Made by a program: the position numbers and the translations under genes. A stretch of DNA of 64,000 bases, taken from the NCBI RefSeq assembly GCF_006345805.1, contig NC_043018.1, forward strand, positions 27,280,001 to 27,344,000, written 5' to 3'. The stretch is from Octopus sinensis. Taxonomy: Eukaryota. Numbering within the stretch: the stretch's first letter is position 1; each line of letters opens with the position of its first letter. Shown here piece after piece: positions 51,439-64,000 of this stretch. The notes beneath the pieces are model-generated. The model had not been told where the DNA came from. It worked only from the letters and a program-made list of their open reading frames with translations, and did no database searches.

Positions 51439-51778
51439 GTGTTATATATATATATATATTATATATATAATATATTATAATTATATATATATATATCTAT
51501 ATCTATATATATATATAAGAGAGAGAGAGAGAGAGAATGAGTGAGAGAGAGGAACGAGAGAGCGATGTATCATATAGGTAGACTGTCATCCCTCATTTTC
51601 TCTCTCTGCCTCTGACTATCTCTCTCCCTCTCTCACCCTACCTTCTTCTCTCTCTATCTTTTTCAATCTCTCACTTTCTCTTTCTCTCTCTCTCTCTCTC
51701 TCCCTCTTCATCTCTCTACCTTTCAAATTAGTTCTGTGTATTTTATCCTCTACTTGTTTCAGTCATCAGACTGCGAGT

Positions 51779-51869
<91 letters not shown>

Positions 51870-52099
51870 AACACACAGAGAAGCGGACGGGTTTCTATAA
51901 GTTCCGCCTAAAAAATCCACTGACAAGGCTTTGATCGGCCCGAGGCTTTGGCAGAAGACACTTGCTCAAGGATGCCACACAGTGGGACTGAACTCGGAAC
52001 CACGTGGCTTGGAAGCAAGCTTCTTACCACACAGCCAGTGCTTTTGAAAAACAGGGTTTCTGTTTCAATTTTAATTCTATTTGGTTTATGTGCCACTCG

Positions 52100-52134
52100 A
52101 TATATGTGTACGCACACACACATCCACCCACCAC

Positions 52135-52167
<33 letters not shown>

Positions 52168-52313
52168 CACACATACACGCACACACGCACAGACACGAAC
52201 GCACACACACGCTCACACACGCACGCACACATACACACACACATACACGCACACACACACATACACGCACACACGCACACACACGAACGCACACACACGC
52301 TCACACACGCACG

Positions 52314-52361
<48 letters not shown>

Positions 52362-52417
52362 CACACACGCAACACACCCACGAACGCACACACCACACAC
52401 TCACCACACGCACCCGC

Positions 52418-52453
<36 letters not shown>

Positions 52454-52565
52454 CACACATACACGCACACACGCACACACACGAACGCACACACACGCTC
52501 ACACACGCACGCACACACACGCAAGCCCACAAATATACATGCACACATGTATACACACACACAAA
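52100..52565. repeat. Compound (CA)n/(CACG) microsatellite with higher-order internal duplications
   Basis: Direct reading. Confidence 0.9.
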
Positions 52566-52838
52566 CACATACATACGGAACCAAGAATATATTAAAAATG
52601 ATCAATAAATAAAATGCATAATAAAAAAAAAAACAGGAATGAATTATTAATAGAAAGACAAGACGTAAAGAGCCAGGATGAACAGCTTGAATATGTATGC
52701 CTGTGTATGTGTTCTATGAGTTTCATGAGCTGAGTGCATGCCAAACTGTTTTTTTTGCGCGTCTGGTATCCTAGCACAATCATCAGACACTGCTTACTTG
52801 CCATCACGGAATAGTACACTATATATATATATATATAA

Positions 52839-52894
<56 letters not shown>

Positions 52895-52927
52895 TTATGT
52901 ATGTATGTATGTATATATGTATGTATG

Positions 52928-52961
<34 letters not shown>

Positions 52962-53397
52962 TGTATGTATGTATGATACATTTAATCTTTTATCTTTTAC
53001 TCGTTTCGGTCATTTGACTGCGGCCATGCTGGGGTATCACCTTGAAGGGTTTTAGTCAAATGAATCGACGCCCAAAGTCTTATCTTTTAAGCCAAGTACT
53101 TATTCTATCGGTCCGTTTTGCCGAACAGCTAAGTTACGGGACATAAACACACCAACAGCGATTGTCAAGCGGTGAGCGACAAATATACACACACATATAC
53201 GATGGGCTTCTTTCAGTTTCCCTCTAGCAAATCCGCTCACAAGGCTTTGGTCAGCCTGAGGCTGTGTACATATATATATATGTCCGTATGTATTTAGGTA
53301 TGTATCTCTCTCTCTCTCTCTCGGTATATATGCACATAGATATATTTATATATGCATGCATATACATATATCTAAAATAGTAAGCACGTATGGCATT

Positions 53398-53576
53398 TAA
53401 AATTTACGGCAGCTGTTTCAGTAGAACTCTATTTAATGTCGTCGTAAAAGATTACATTGTGATATATAATCCACCATCATCAGCTAAAATTTTAAACAGG
53501 TGGATCGTATATTCTGATGTAATCTTTTACGACTACAAGAAATAAAAGTCTACGCAAACAGCTGTCGTAAATTTTA
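53398..53576. mobile_element. Fold-back of two decayed HHR-bearing arms
   Basis: Minus arm tttag CTGATGA (53477-53483) TGGTGGA...TTCTACT GAAAC AGCT GCC gtaaa. The plus arm keeps AAAC AGCT GTC gtaaa. Confidence 0.7.
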
Positions 53577-55111
53577 ACCGTCATTTGTGTTTAATATTCT
53601 TTTAGCTACACCAAACCAAGAATCCGCTAATGAGTCGAACCGAGGGTTACAGACTGGATTTGGTACTTGCATATCTAGGTATCCTCCCAGCACTTAAAGT
53701 CTACAATGTTGTTTTATTTCACTGAATCCCCGTTTTCGTGCCTAACCATTTTCTGGCGTCTTACTTGTTGATGCTCCTTGATTCTGAAGGAATCCTTAAA
53801 ACTAATACGTATGTCTGTCTGTGTGTGTGTGTGTGCATACACACATGTATAAATATATACATAAATACATACATACATATGTACGTACATACATACATAC
53901 ATACATACATACATACACACACACATACATTATGGCTGCAAACTCGTGTTCAGTCTGGCCATCGCCTGAGCAGAAGTTCCACATACGCGAAGGTTACGAC
54001 CAGCCATTTGTGCGATAGGTCTTACGTTTTTTTTTTCAAGCTATACCTATGCATGATGATTTTTTTATAGTGGGGAAAGGATCTGCACAAATCCGATCCC
54101 ACTGTCTGAACATAGACAACATTGACTCGAAAAGAAAAACTAGTCTAAATCATGGAATATTGTCAGTATTGCAGTTTTCTCCCAGAGTTTCCCTCTCCTA
54201 GGGAGATGTTGTGACAACAATACAGGGGCCTCCCTGTGACCCAATCGCGCGCCTGGACACTAACCCAAGTATTCCCACCTTCCCACGCCTACATACCTCC
54301 TCCGAAAAAAAGGGGTGAAAAAGGAAGAAGGGGAGCAACAATTGTTGCTCTCCGAAGGATCCCGGGGTTGCGGGAAGAAGCGAGGTTCCTGCGGTTATGG
54401 CGAAGGAGCCAACTCCTCCCGCACTAAAGATAAAAAAGCAAAAGAGAAAAAAGAATGGGACGATGCCGGAGGTATGCAGTGTACTGCCGGCTCGTCCCGA
54501 GGCCTCTTCGGTGGGAATCGTGCCACCGATAGAAGAAGCTGTAACCTCGTCGGTTTTGCCACCGACAGAGGAAGAGACACCGTTGGCGGTAATTGTGCCG
54601 CCAACGGTAGAATTGAGTACCTCGACCACGGAGGAAGACAAATTATTGATCTTCTTCTACAGAGGTGGAGAGGTAGAAAAGGTGGTGGAAAAACACTATA
54701 AGGGAATACCTTTAACTCTCACACTGTGTGTGTGTGTGTGTGTGTAATGTGTGCGTTTGTGTATGCATATTTGCGTATAATTCTGTGTGTTTATATTTGT
54801 CTGTATATGTGCGTATAGTTCTACGAGTTTATGTCATTGTCATTTAAGATCTTTTCAGTTTGGTTCCAATGTTTAAGTTACTTCAATAGATTTTAAAGTC
54901 TACAAATTTGGGATAATTTTAGCCTAGCGAAAGCAACAGACATGTAGGTGCCTGTTTACATACATATACTGCTTTCTGACAGCTTCCAACTCCTGTTTTC
55001 TGACTGGGTAAAAATTATCAACCTCTGTAACCTTATTTTTAAAAAAAGGATTTCCCGGAAAAATGCGAGATTCAGCTTGGAAAATTATATAAAGCAAATT
55101 TTAAAATTATT

Positions 55112-55350
55112 CTGTTGTGTCCGGGGAGAGTCATTCTCTTTTAGTGCCTTATTATTTAACACACTCACCGGTAAAATTTCCACTTATTTCTTATTTTTAT
55201 TTTCTAAAATTTTCGTCAAAACTATTGAAAAGGTTGCAAGACGCAACGAAAATTTTAGAAAATAAAAATAAGAAATAAGTGGAAATCAGACCGTTGAGTG
55301 TGTTAAATAATAAGGCACTAAAAGAGAATGACTCTCCCCAGACACAACAG
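55112..55350. repeat. About 105-bp-arm inverted repeat (probable pLTR fold-back)
   Basis: ctgttgtgtccggggagagtcattctc... versus ...gagaatgactctccccagacacaacag. Any HHR core is too decayed to call. Confidence 0.75.
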
Positions 55351-55689
55351 TATATACTTCAACACACGAACTCATATAAAGAATCTTGCAAACTAAATCC
55401 AAAAACGAAATTTAAAATTATTGTTACGTTTAAAATTTTCATAGGTGCAGCCAAAGAGAAAAGCTCCGTTATTTACTTCCTGGTCAAGCAGACCCATAAT
55501 GAAAAATGTATTCCAGACGTGACCACCACGTTAATTACTATATTGTTTTCGTTTTAAGACTGTAGTGTGTGAATGAAGGTAAATTTGACTGCTATTTCAA
55601 GCAGTTCAAGCTACCATGTAGAGACTTTCTCTGTCACTTGTGTAAACGTTTGTGCGTGGGAACGTGTATACATGTGTGTGTGACATTAC

Positions 55690-55810
55690 GTATGTATGTA
55701 TGTATGTATGTATGTATGTATGTATGTATGTATGTATGTATGTATGTATGTATATATGTATGTATGCATGTACGCATGTATGTATGCATGTATGTATGTA
55801 TGTATGTATG

Positions 55811-55844
<34 letters not shown>

Positions 55845-55934
55845 TGTATGTATGTATGTATGTATGCGTGCATGCATGTATGTATGTATGTATGTATGCA
55901 TGCATGTATGTATGTATGCATGTATGTATGTATG

Positions 55935-55967
<33 letters not shown>

Positions 55968-56312
55968 GCGTATGTATGTATGCATGTATGTATGTATGCA
56001 TGTATGTATGTATATATGTATGTACGTGCGTTTATGTGTGTGTATGTATGTATATATGTATGTATGTATGTATATATGTATGTATGTATATATGTATGTA
56101 TGTATATATGTATGTATGTATGTACGCGCGTTTATGTGTGTGTATGTATGTATATATGTATGTATGTATGTATGTATATATGTATGTATGTATATATGTA
56201 TGTATGTGTGTATGTATGTATGTATGTATGTATATATGTATGTATGTATGTATATATGTATGTATGTATATATGTATTATGTATGTATGTATGTATGTAT
56301 GTATGTATGTAT
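55690..56312. repeat. Long (TATG)n microsatellite
   Basis: Direct reading. It is the source of the spurious MYVC ORFs. Confidence 0.97.
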
Positions 56313-57046
56313 GGATACATATTTGTGTGTGTGTTTGTGAATATGCATGCGTATGAGTATGTGCATATATATATATGTGTGTGTGTCTGTGTGTGTGTGT
56401 ATGCTTGTATACATCTATATGTATATATTCATAGTGTATTCGTGTATGTTTGCGTATGTATGTATGTGTGTGCACGCGCGTGAGTGTATATATGCCTAAG
56501 TATCACAGTGTGAACACTTGGTTGTTTCCTTGTGTATATATACGATGTTACGGTTTTATTTTGCGTTTGATGGCATATTGAAAGGGGGGGAGGTCAACGA
56601 ACCGTAACCCCTTTTTCCAGGGTCTCCATGACTAATGGGATGTCGGGACATGCGGTTTATTTTCAGAAACAGTGACCCGACTCTAAAGACTTGTCACTGA
56701 GTGGACTCGTCCTCTAAAGAATCCCCCACCCCTGTCCCACCCGTGGGATGGAGAATATGGTGATGTTATTAACCTCCAACAATGAATTAATCCTACCACC
56801 CAAGATGTGACTCGATCCCGGGTTCCCTCCGGCTGGGCTTTCATACACACATAAGATGTATGTGCGTGTGTGGGATTCCCTTCATTATATTTCACTTGTG
56901 TATTGGAGAATGCAAGGCTGTGGTATCAGATATTTTTTTCAAGGGGCGGCGACGTAGAATTGTACCTGGAAGCATGCGATTTCGAAGAGACTCTCTTTAA
57001 AACACGACCAGAATGTCTGTGTTTGAGTGTGTATGTGCTTGTGCGA

Positions 57047-57077
<31 letters not shown>

Positions 57078-57212
57078 AGAGTGTTTGTGTGTATCTACAT
57101 ATGTAGATAAACATATACATACAGACATGTGTGTGTGTGTGTGTAGGAGTGTATGTGTTTATGTATGTCTATATATGTATATAGACATATACACACAGAC
57201 GTGTGTATGTGT

Positions 57213-57252
<40 letters not shown>

Positions 57253-57589
57253 AGAGTGTCGGTAAAGTTACTATACAGTTATTTTTAACAAAGAAATGCC
57301 ATGGTTAGACTAAAAAGATTTTCTGAAAATGTATGTATTACATAAGAAAATATTCTTTTCTACTCTAAGCACAAGGCTTGAAATTTTGGGAGAGGGGCAC
57401 AGTCGATTATATCGACCCCAGTGCATAACTGGTACTTATTTAATCGACCTCGAAAGGATGAAAGGCAAAGTCGATCTCGGCGGAATTTGAACTCAGAACG
57501 TAACGGCAGACGAAATACCGCTAAGCATTTCGCTCGGCATGTTAACGTCTTTGCCAGCTCACCGCCTTGTTACATCAGAAATTATTGTA

Positions 57590-58050
57590 ACACTGCATGC
57601 AATCAATTTCATCTACTACAGTTAATTAATGTTCAAATTGTAAGCCATTAGCCTCAATGCATTCTCGACAACGGGAAAGCACATTGTGACAAACCTTGGT
57701 ACACAAGTCTGGATCAAGGTTAACAAGTACATCAATAATGAACTTCATGGCTTCCTTGATTTATAAGCTGTTCATAAAATTGAGATCAGCGATCAGGATT
57801 ATCCTCCAGAAGTTCGTGAATTAGGCATGGAATATAAGGTTTCATGTTGAGTTTTTTTTTATTTTGTGTAGTGATGTTCGCTTGATACCAATTTCTGAAC
57901 TACCAAGGCAAATTGATTTCCTTGGTCCTTTTTACAATCCCTGTCCAATGTTTGTTCAGCCCTGTATATCACTGACGTGATGAGGATAACTTTGAAGATT
58001 TCGCTGCATCATGGTAGAAACGGCTGTAAGAGTTTAGAGTTTGTACACTC
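57590..58050 (-). pseudogene. Degenerate Tc1/mariner transposase C-terminal relic
   Basis: The minus strand reads IDVLVNLDPDLCTKVCHNVLSRCRECIEANGLQFEH, a typical transposase C-terminus. Confidence 0.6.
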
Positions 58051-58174
58051 ATCTATTATTCATTTATTTCTATATAAATATATGTTTACGTATTTATTGG
58101 CTTATTTCATTCGTTTACTTGAATCACTTACACATGCTTGTCCTCAATAAATAGATATAATTCAATGTTTATGG

Positions 58175-58205
<31 letters not shown>

Positions 58206-58419
58206 TATTATTCATTTATTTAAATGGATGAATGAATTATCCTTTGTTTAACCGTTTAACATGGAAAATTCAATAAACAGTTACCAGGGTAGCAAAATTC
58301 ACGCAAGTAACACGGACGAAGCGACCTATTCAAAGGTAGAAACTCCGGGTTATATGTAATAATTGTGTAGTATAAGTAAATAAATGGAGTTGAACGAAGA
58401 TGTTATTAAAATTCTTTTA

Positions 58420-58502
58420 CTTTCGACATATGTTTCGAAGACAACATTGGTTTTATTCCAAAGGAATAAACGGTGTAAAATGCAATCATCTCATCAGGAA
58501 AG
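58420..58502 (-). ncRNA. Intact type I hammerhead ribozyme
   Basis: CTTTC CTGATGA G...TTTATTCC ttt GGAATAAA...C GAAAC ATAT GTC GAAAG. Predicted cleavage at 58425/58424. Confidence 0.85.
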
Positions 58503-58594
58503 AAAGATAGCCAATCTCAACAACAAGACATTATAATGTCTTGTTGTTGAGATAGGCTCTCTCTCTCTTTCCTGATGAGAAGATTGCATTTTAC
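58475..58594. repeat. Hairpin duplication of the HHR 5' region, with essentially no spacer
   Basis: gtaaaatgcaatcatctcatcaggaaag...caacaacaagacatta|taatgtcttgttgttg...ctttcctgatgagaagattgcattttac. Confidence 0.9.
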
Positions 58595-58920
58595 AAAATA
58601 TGTAGTGGGCTTACAAGGAATAAATCCTGGGCTCGATTCATTCATTCGACTAAAAACCCTTTAAGGCAGTGCTCCAGCATGGCCGCAGTCAAATATCTGA
58701 AACAAGTAATTGAATACCTACCTACTTACCTATCTACCTACCTACCTACACGCATGCTTTTTCCCCTTCTATTTACCTACTTACGTATCTACTTGCCTTC
58801 TTATCTACATAGCTATTTGTCGACCTTCCTACCTACTTGTCCACATATCTGTCTGCCAGCCTAGTTACCTACTAGTCTATTTAACGATCTACCTTGCCAT
58901 CTGATTAAGTACCTACCTAC

Positions 58921-59011
<91 letters not shown>

Positions 59012-59020
59012 CCTATCTAC

Positions 59021-59128
<108 letters not shown>

Positions 59129-59597
59129 TCACCTACATACTTATCAGCCTACCTGCCTACCTATCTATCTATGTACCAACTTATATACTTACTTATCTAT
59201 CTACCTTCCAAGCTCTCTACCGGCAAACATACCTACCTGTCTATTCGATTTACTTTTCATGGAGCCATGACACCTGCGAACTCGCACAAATACTCACATA
59301 CTCACGCATCATCCACACACACGCGCATATACACCACGTGCACACACATTCGCACGTTCCCAGAATAACCTTTGATGTGAAGCAGCTTTTGTTAAATTTT
59401 ATACGCATGCAGCATTGACCGAGCGAATATGGGGAGAGTGGGCAGGTGCTTGAAATAGCCAACGCCCTCTGTCATGGGGAGTGGGGGCACCTCATCTTTT
59501 GATCTGATATAAAAATATAATGGAGGAATAGTACGTAACATCTACCTCTCGCAAACGGTGTCAAACTGCGGTCAGCGAGAGAGTCTAGTCTCAATAT

Positions 59598-60235
59598 CAG
59601 TGTTTCTCAACCGTGGTCCATATGAGCCCTGAAGGTCCATATAAGATTTTGGTGGGGGTCCACCTAACAAAATAATAAATTAGTGGTCCACAATGGTATT
59701 TAAGGGCCCCTGAAAATATTTTGCCTTATATGTATGTATTGGTATGTATTGCAAGAAACATCAAGGTTGCTTTCTCTGACATTTTACGTAGTTTAATCGA
59801 AACGTCGACCTCGGCGGAATATACATATATATACGACACAAGTTAATATCAGAAAAACAAAATAGGGATTTTGAAAGAAGTATCTATAAAACTAGTTTTT
59901 AAACATTAAATGGCTATAGGGGCCCACCAGAATAAAATATTAATAAATGATGATCTATAGATAAAAAAAATGGTTGAGAAACTCTGGTTTAGATGTATGT
60001 CTTGGTATGTCTTGGTATGTCTTGGTATGTTTTGCAAGAAACAGCTAAGTTTCTTTCACAAACGTTTTGCATAGTTCGGCTCACATAGATTAAGATAACA
60101 ATTTTGAAGGAAGTTTTTGTAAAACTAGTTTTTAAACATCAAATGGCTTTGAAGGTCCACCAAAATAAGATAGTAATCAAAGGGGGTTTAGAGATAAAAA
60201 AAAAACAAACATTGAAAACCCCTGTTCTAAATAGA
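59598..60235. mobile_element. hAT/Charlie-like MITE (59598-59986) plus a partial second copy
   Basis: Termini CAGTGTTTCTCAACC and GGTTGAGAAACTCTG. The TSD is not conserved. Confidence 0.5.
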
Positions 60236-60418
60236 AGTAGCAACCAAATCTTAAATGAGTCAAACGCGAAATGTCCTGGTGGCATTTATTGTAACGGAGA
60301 TAATCACTTCTCGAAATATCTTAAATAATGACGGAGCAGGAGTTTTTAGATTGAAGAGTAACGAAGAGGTTGCACAAAATATATATACTTTATATTTTCA
60401 TTTATTCCATTCATTACA

Positions 60419-60457
<39 letters not shown>

Positions 60458-61614
60458 AGGAAAATGCGCTGTAAAAGCGCTTCGCTGCACCCACCATTTG
60501 TTGGTAATCCCTTACTGCTCCTAGCGGATGACATCTCTGCACCATAGGTCTGTTTAGGTTGTCCCAAAAACCGATGACGCAGAAGAAACGTTGGGGGTCT
60601 GTTCACTGATATGGTCAGTCCCTACGAAGCATATTACAAAGGTCCTAAATAATATTTAGGCGTAGTCCTGATCAAAATTAATAGGGAAGCCAAACCAGAA
60701 ATTATATTTGATATTAATATATTGGTTTCAAATTTTGGCAAAATGCAACATTTCCGGAGAGGGGCAGCCCCAGCGCCCAACTGGTGCTTATTTTATCGAT
60801 CCCGAAAGGATAAAAGATAAAGTCAACCACGGCGTAATTTGAACTCAGAACGTGAAACCTGTAGAAATGCGGTTAAGCATTTTGCCCTGTGTGTTAATGA
60901 TTCTGTCAGGTTACCGCCTTAATTAGTAATTTCAAATTTTGGCAGAAGGCCAGCAATTTCTGGGAAGGGGTTTACATGGACCCCAATCGTCAACTGGCAT
61001 TTATTTTATGGACATCGAAACGTCGACCTCGGCGGAATTTGAACCCAGAACGTAAAACCGGAAGAAATGCCGCTAAGCATTTTGTTCTTAATTTGATATA
61101 AATTTGATATAAATTAATTAAAATTAATTAAAAATTTAGATGCAGCATTCGGTTGTTAATTTCTTTTCGTCACCGAAATTATGGCTCTGCTAATCGATAA
61201 AAATGCTTACATACTTACAAGCATACACACACACACTTCCAGACCCTGGATTTCTGGCTCTGTATAAAAGTACTTTGCCTTCGTCAATGAAATATATCAA
61301 GAATTGTAGTATCAAGTGGCATGATGTGGTTTTAGAGCCAGGTTTTGACTGCTATTTCAAGCATTGTGGTATCTCTTAGACACCCGTATTTATAATTTTA
61401 ATAATAATTACAACCTATAAGGTTTTTTTTGTTCCTATGCTACCACTTGTTGTGATCGTTATTGAAATAACAATCATATCCTTTTTTATATAGAAATTTA
61501 TATATATTCACTTTCTAGTTTGATAATAGAGTTTTTTTTATAAGAAAATTTATTGTATTATTTATTTCTTAAAAAATATTGTTTAAATATTTTTGATTAA
61601 TTATTAAAATATTA

Positions 61615-61712
61615 CAATTAACCCGAAGAAATGACTGTAACCTTAACTCGAATTATTAGTTGAATTTAAATTGTTATTCGAATTGGTTACGGGCATGAAA
61701 CGATCGTAGTGT
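61615..61712 (+). ncRNA. Decayed type I HHR
   Basis: CCGAAGA A ATGACTGTAACC...GGTTACGGGCAT GAAAC GATC GTA. U4 is mutated and stem I is weak. Confidence 0.5.
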
Positions 61713-61919
61713 TTTTACTCTTTATCTTATATTAAACTTTTAATACTTTTTGATAGTTAAAAAAAAAAAAAAAATAAAAATATAAAAATATATAAAAATT
61801 TAATAACAAAAAAAAAAAAAAAAAATAAATAATTAAATAAATTAATAATAAATACATATATATATATTTATAATTTATAAGTTTAGATTATTTTAAATAA
61901 TTAAAAAAAAATTTTAACT

Positions 61920-62282
61920 TAATTAAATATTTTAATTGGAATTTTATATTTTATATTTTATATTTTTATATATTTTTTAATTAATTTTATTTCCATGTAT
62001 TGGCTTATGATTTTCCACTGTTTTGATTTGCCTAATAGTGGTTTTATCTCTAAGGTAATATAATATAATATATATATATAAATTAAATTAGAGATAAAAC
62101 CACTATTAGGCAAATCAAACAGTGAAAAACATAAACCAAATATAGAAATAAAATAATTAATATAATATCCAAATATATAAAATATAAAATTTAAAATTTA
62201 AATTATTTAAATTTAAGTTAAAAATGTAAAATTCCTTGTTTGATTTGCCTAATAGTGGTTTTATCTCTAATTTAATTTATTT
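61920..62282. repeat. AT-rich nested inverted repeats (three copies of a ~35-bp core)
   Basis: tttgatttgcctaatagtggttttatctctaa at about 62020 and 62240, with its reverse complement at about 62090. Confidence 0.8.
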
Positions 62283-62550
62283 ATATACTGTAAAATAGAT
62301 TTAATCCTAAATCTAATTTTTCCTGTAAGTTTGGGTTTACTCCCTATTATATTATTATTATATATTTTTTATTATTATTAATTATTGATTATTATTATAT
62401 ATATATATATATATATATATCATATATATATATGCAAATATTTATATATATTTGAAGAAATGAGGTCCTCAAGAAATCCGGATGGTTTTATATTTTACCC
62501 ATATTTATTAGTATGTTACATGTTTTTATACATCATATATCATATTTCAG

Positions 62551-62595
62551 ATATTATAGCGCTTTCGTCCATTCTAGTGGAGTCTTCAAATTGAA
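62551..62595 (-). ncRNA. Decayed minimal HHR (GAAAG-CG-CUA type); truncated relative at 16020-16050
   Basis: TTGAAGA CTCCA CTAGAA TGGAC GAAAG CG CTA. The relative reads GTCCAC TCGAT GTGGGA GAAAG CG CTA. Confidence 0.45.
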
Positions 62596-63069
62596 CTAAG
62601 TTTTTGCAGGAATTTTGACTCTTTTTATAGTATTATTGAGTGTGCAGTGGTGGGGAGAGATAAGATAGTACAAGAAGGGGATGAATGGGGAGAAAGTGAG
62701 AGAGAGAATGTGTGTGTGCGTGTGTGTGTGTATGTGTGTGTGTGTGTGTTTTTGTAGCTGAAAGGAAGAAGTTTTAAAGAAAAAGAAGGAAAGAAAGAAA
62801 AGGGAGAGAAAGAAATTTTTTTATCTCTTTGCAGCTGGTTAGGTTGTCAATAATAATTGATTCTTGGCTTTTAGTAATGGCTAATACAGCTGTTTACTTT
62901 AAGAAGGGCAAAATGTCACTTTTCAAACAATTGTCCGGATTTCCTTTTTATCCTTGTCTTGTGAGAGAGTGCGTGTGTGTATGTGCGTGCGTGTGTGTAT
63001 GTGCGTGCGTGTGTGTGCGCGTGTGTGAGTGTTTTTGTATCTGAAAGAATGTTAAAGAAAAAATATTCG

Positions 63070-63191
<122 letters not shown>

Positions 63192-63381
63192 TTGTTGTTC
63201 AATGAGCCACATGAGGAGCAGATAGGCAACCGACAACTGATGAAGGGTTGTTCTTATGTTACTTGTCTTGTTTTCCATCTGTTTCTCTCGTTGTTTGCGT
63301 ATTCAACGCACTTGTTTTCGTATTTCATGCTCTTCACTGTTTGTGACGTGCTGAACCCATATATGCATACATATCTATATA

Positions 63382-63419
<38 letters not shown>

Positions 63420-63473
63420 GTGTATGTATATATATACTATTATATATATATATATATATATGATATATATAAC

Positions 63474-63507
<34 letters not shown>

Positions 63508-64000
63508 GTATATATAATATATATATAATATCTATATTATATAGAATATATATATATATATGCATATATATATTTTATATGTATGCATATATATATGCAT
63601 ACACAACGTTCATACATATATGCTCACATACATATATACTAATATGCGTAACGACTGCGTGGCACCTTGGGCAAGTGTCTTCTACTATAGCCTTAGGCCG
63701 ACCAAAGACTTGTGAGTGGATTTGGTAGACGGAACCTGAAAGAAGCCCGTCATATATATGTATATGTATATGTGTGTGTGTTTGTGCCCATCCCCGATGC
63801 TGGTGTGTTTACGTCCGCGTTATGTGTAATAGGCTTACAAAGTCCTGGGATCGATTTCTTCGACTAAAATCCATTAAGGTGGTGCTCCAGCATGGCTGCA
63901 GTCATGTAGCTGAAAGAATTAAAAGAGGAAAAATAGTAGTGCACGTTAATTGTCAAAATAAAAAAAAATGGAAATATTTGAAGAAAAATGAAATACCTGT

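Noticed and set aside
60560-60600. CCGATGA CGCAGAA GAAAC GTT as a minimal HHR
   Set aside because: The core is mutated, there is no stem II pairing, and no second copy supports it.

Overview
Eukaryotic, repeat-saturated DNA. The SINE families and microsatellite load point to an octopus/coleoid cephalopod genome (inference). No complete host gene is visible. The only candidate is a signal-peptide-like N-terminus on the minus strand that runs off the left edge (81..1), behind a roughly 5.9 kb SINE-free, low-complexity leader or promoter region. The rest is three tRNA-derived SINE families, a near-intact mariner and three decayed Tc1/mariner relics, two Tx1/L1-clade LINE fragments, Helitrons (one with a Pif1 helicase remnant), two copies of a GG-terminal MITE with 8-bp TSDs, a lone 5S rRNA pseudogene and a 100-N gap. 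Most ORFs in the supplied track are microsatellite artefacts. The main result is a dense population of type I hammerhead ribozyme (HHR) motifs, about 20 intact or decayed, mostly in or beside (TA)n tracts and often in fold-back (inverted) arrangements typical of Penelope-like-element pLTRs. Three stand out. First, a 1.5 kb element with a ~585-nt tandem unit carrying one long-stem-II HHR per unit plus an inverted third copy (39020-40518), which resembles a retrozyme. Second, a perfect monomer-type HHR with a 20-bp stem I (51174-51253). Third, a recurring U.U mismatch at the base of stem II with covarying neighbouring pairs. A Tx1-like LINE also sits inside a (CCTA)n microsatellite. All structures were derived by eye; nothing was folded or searched computationally.
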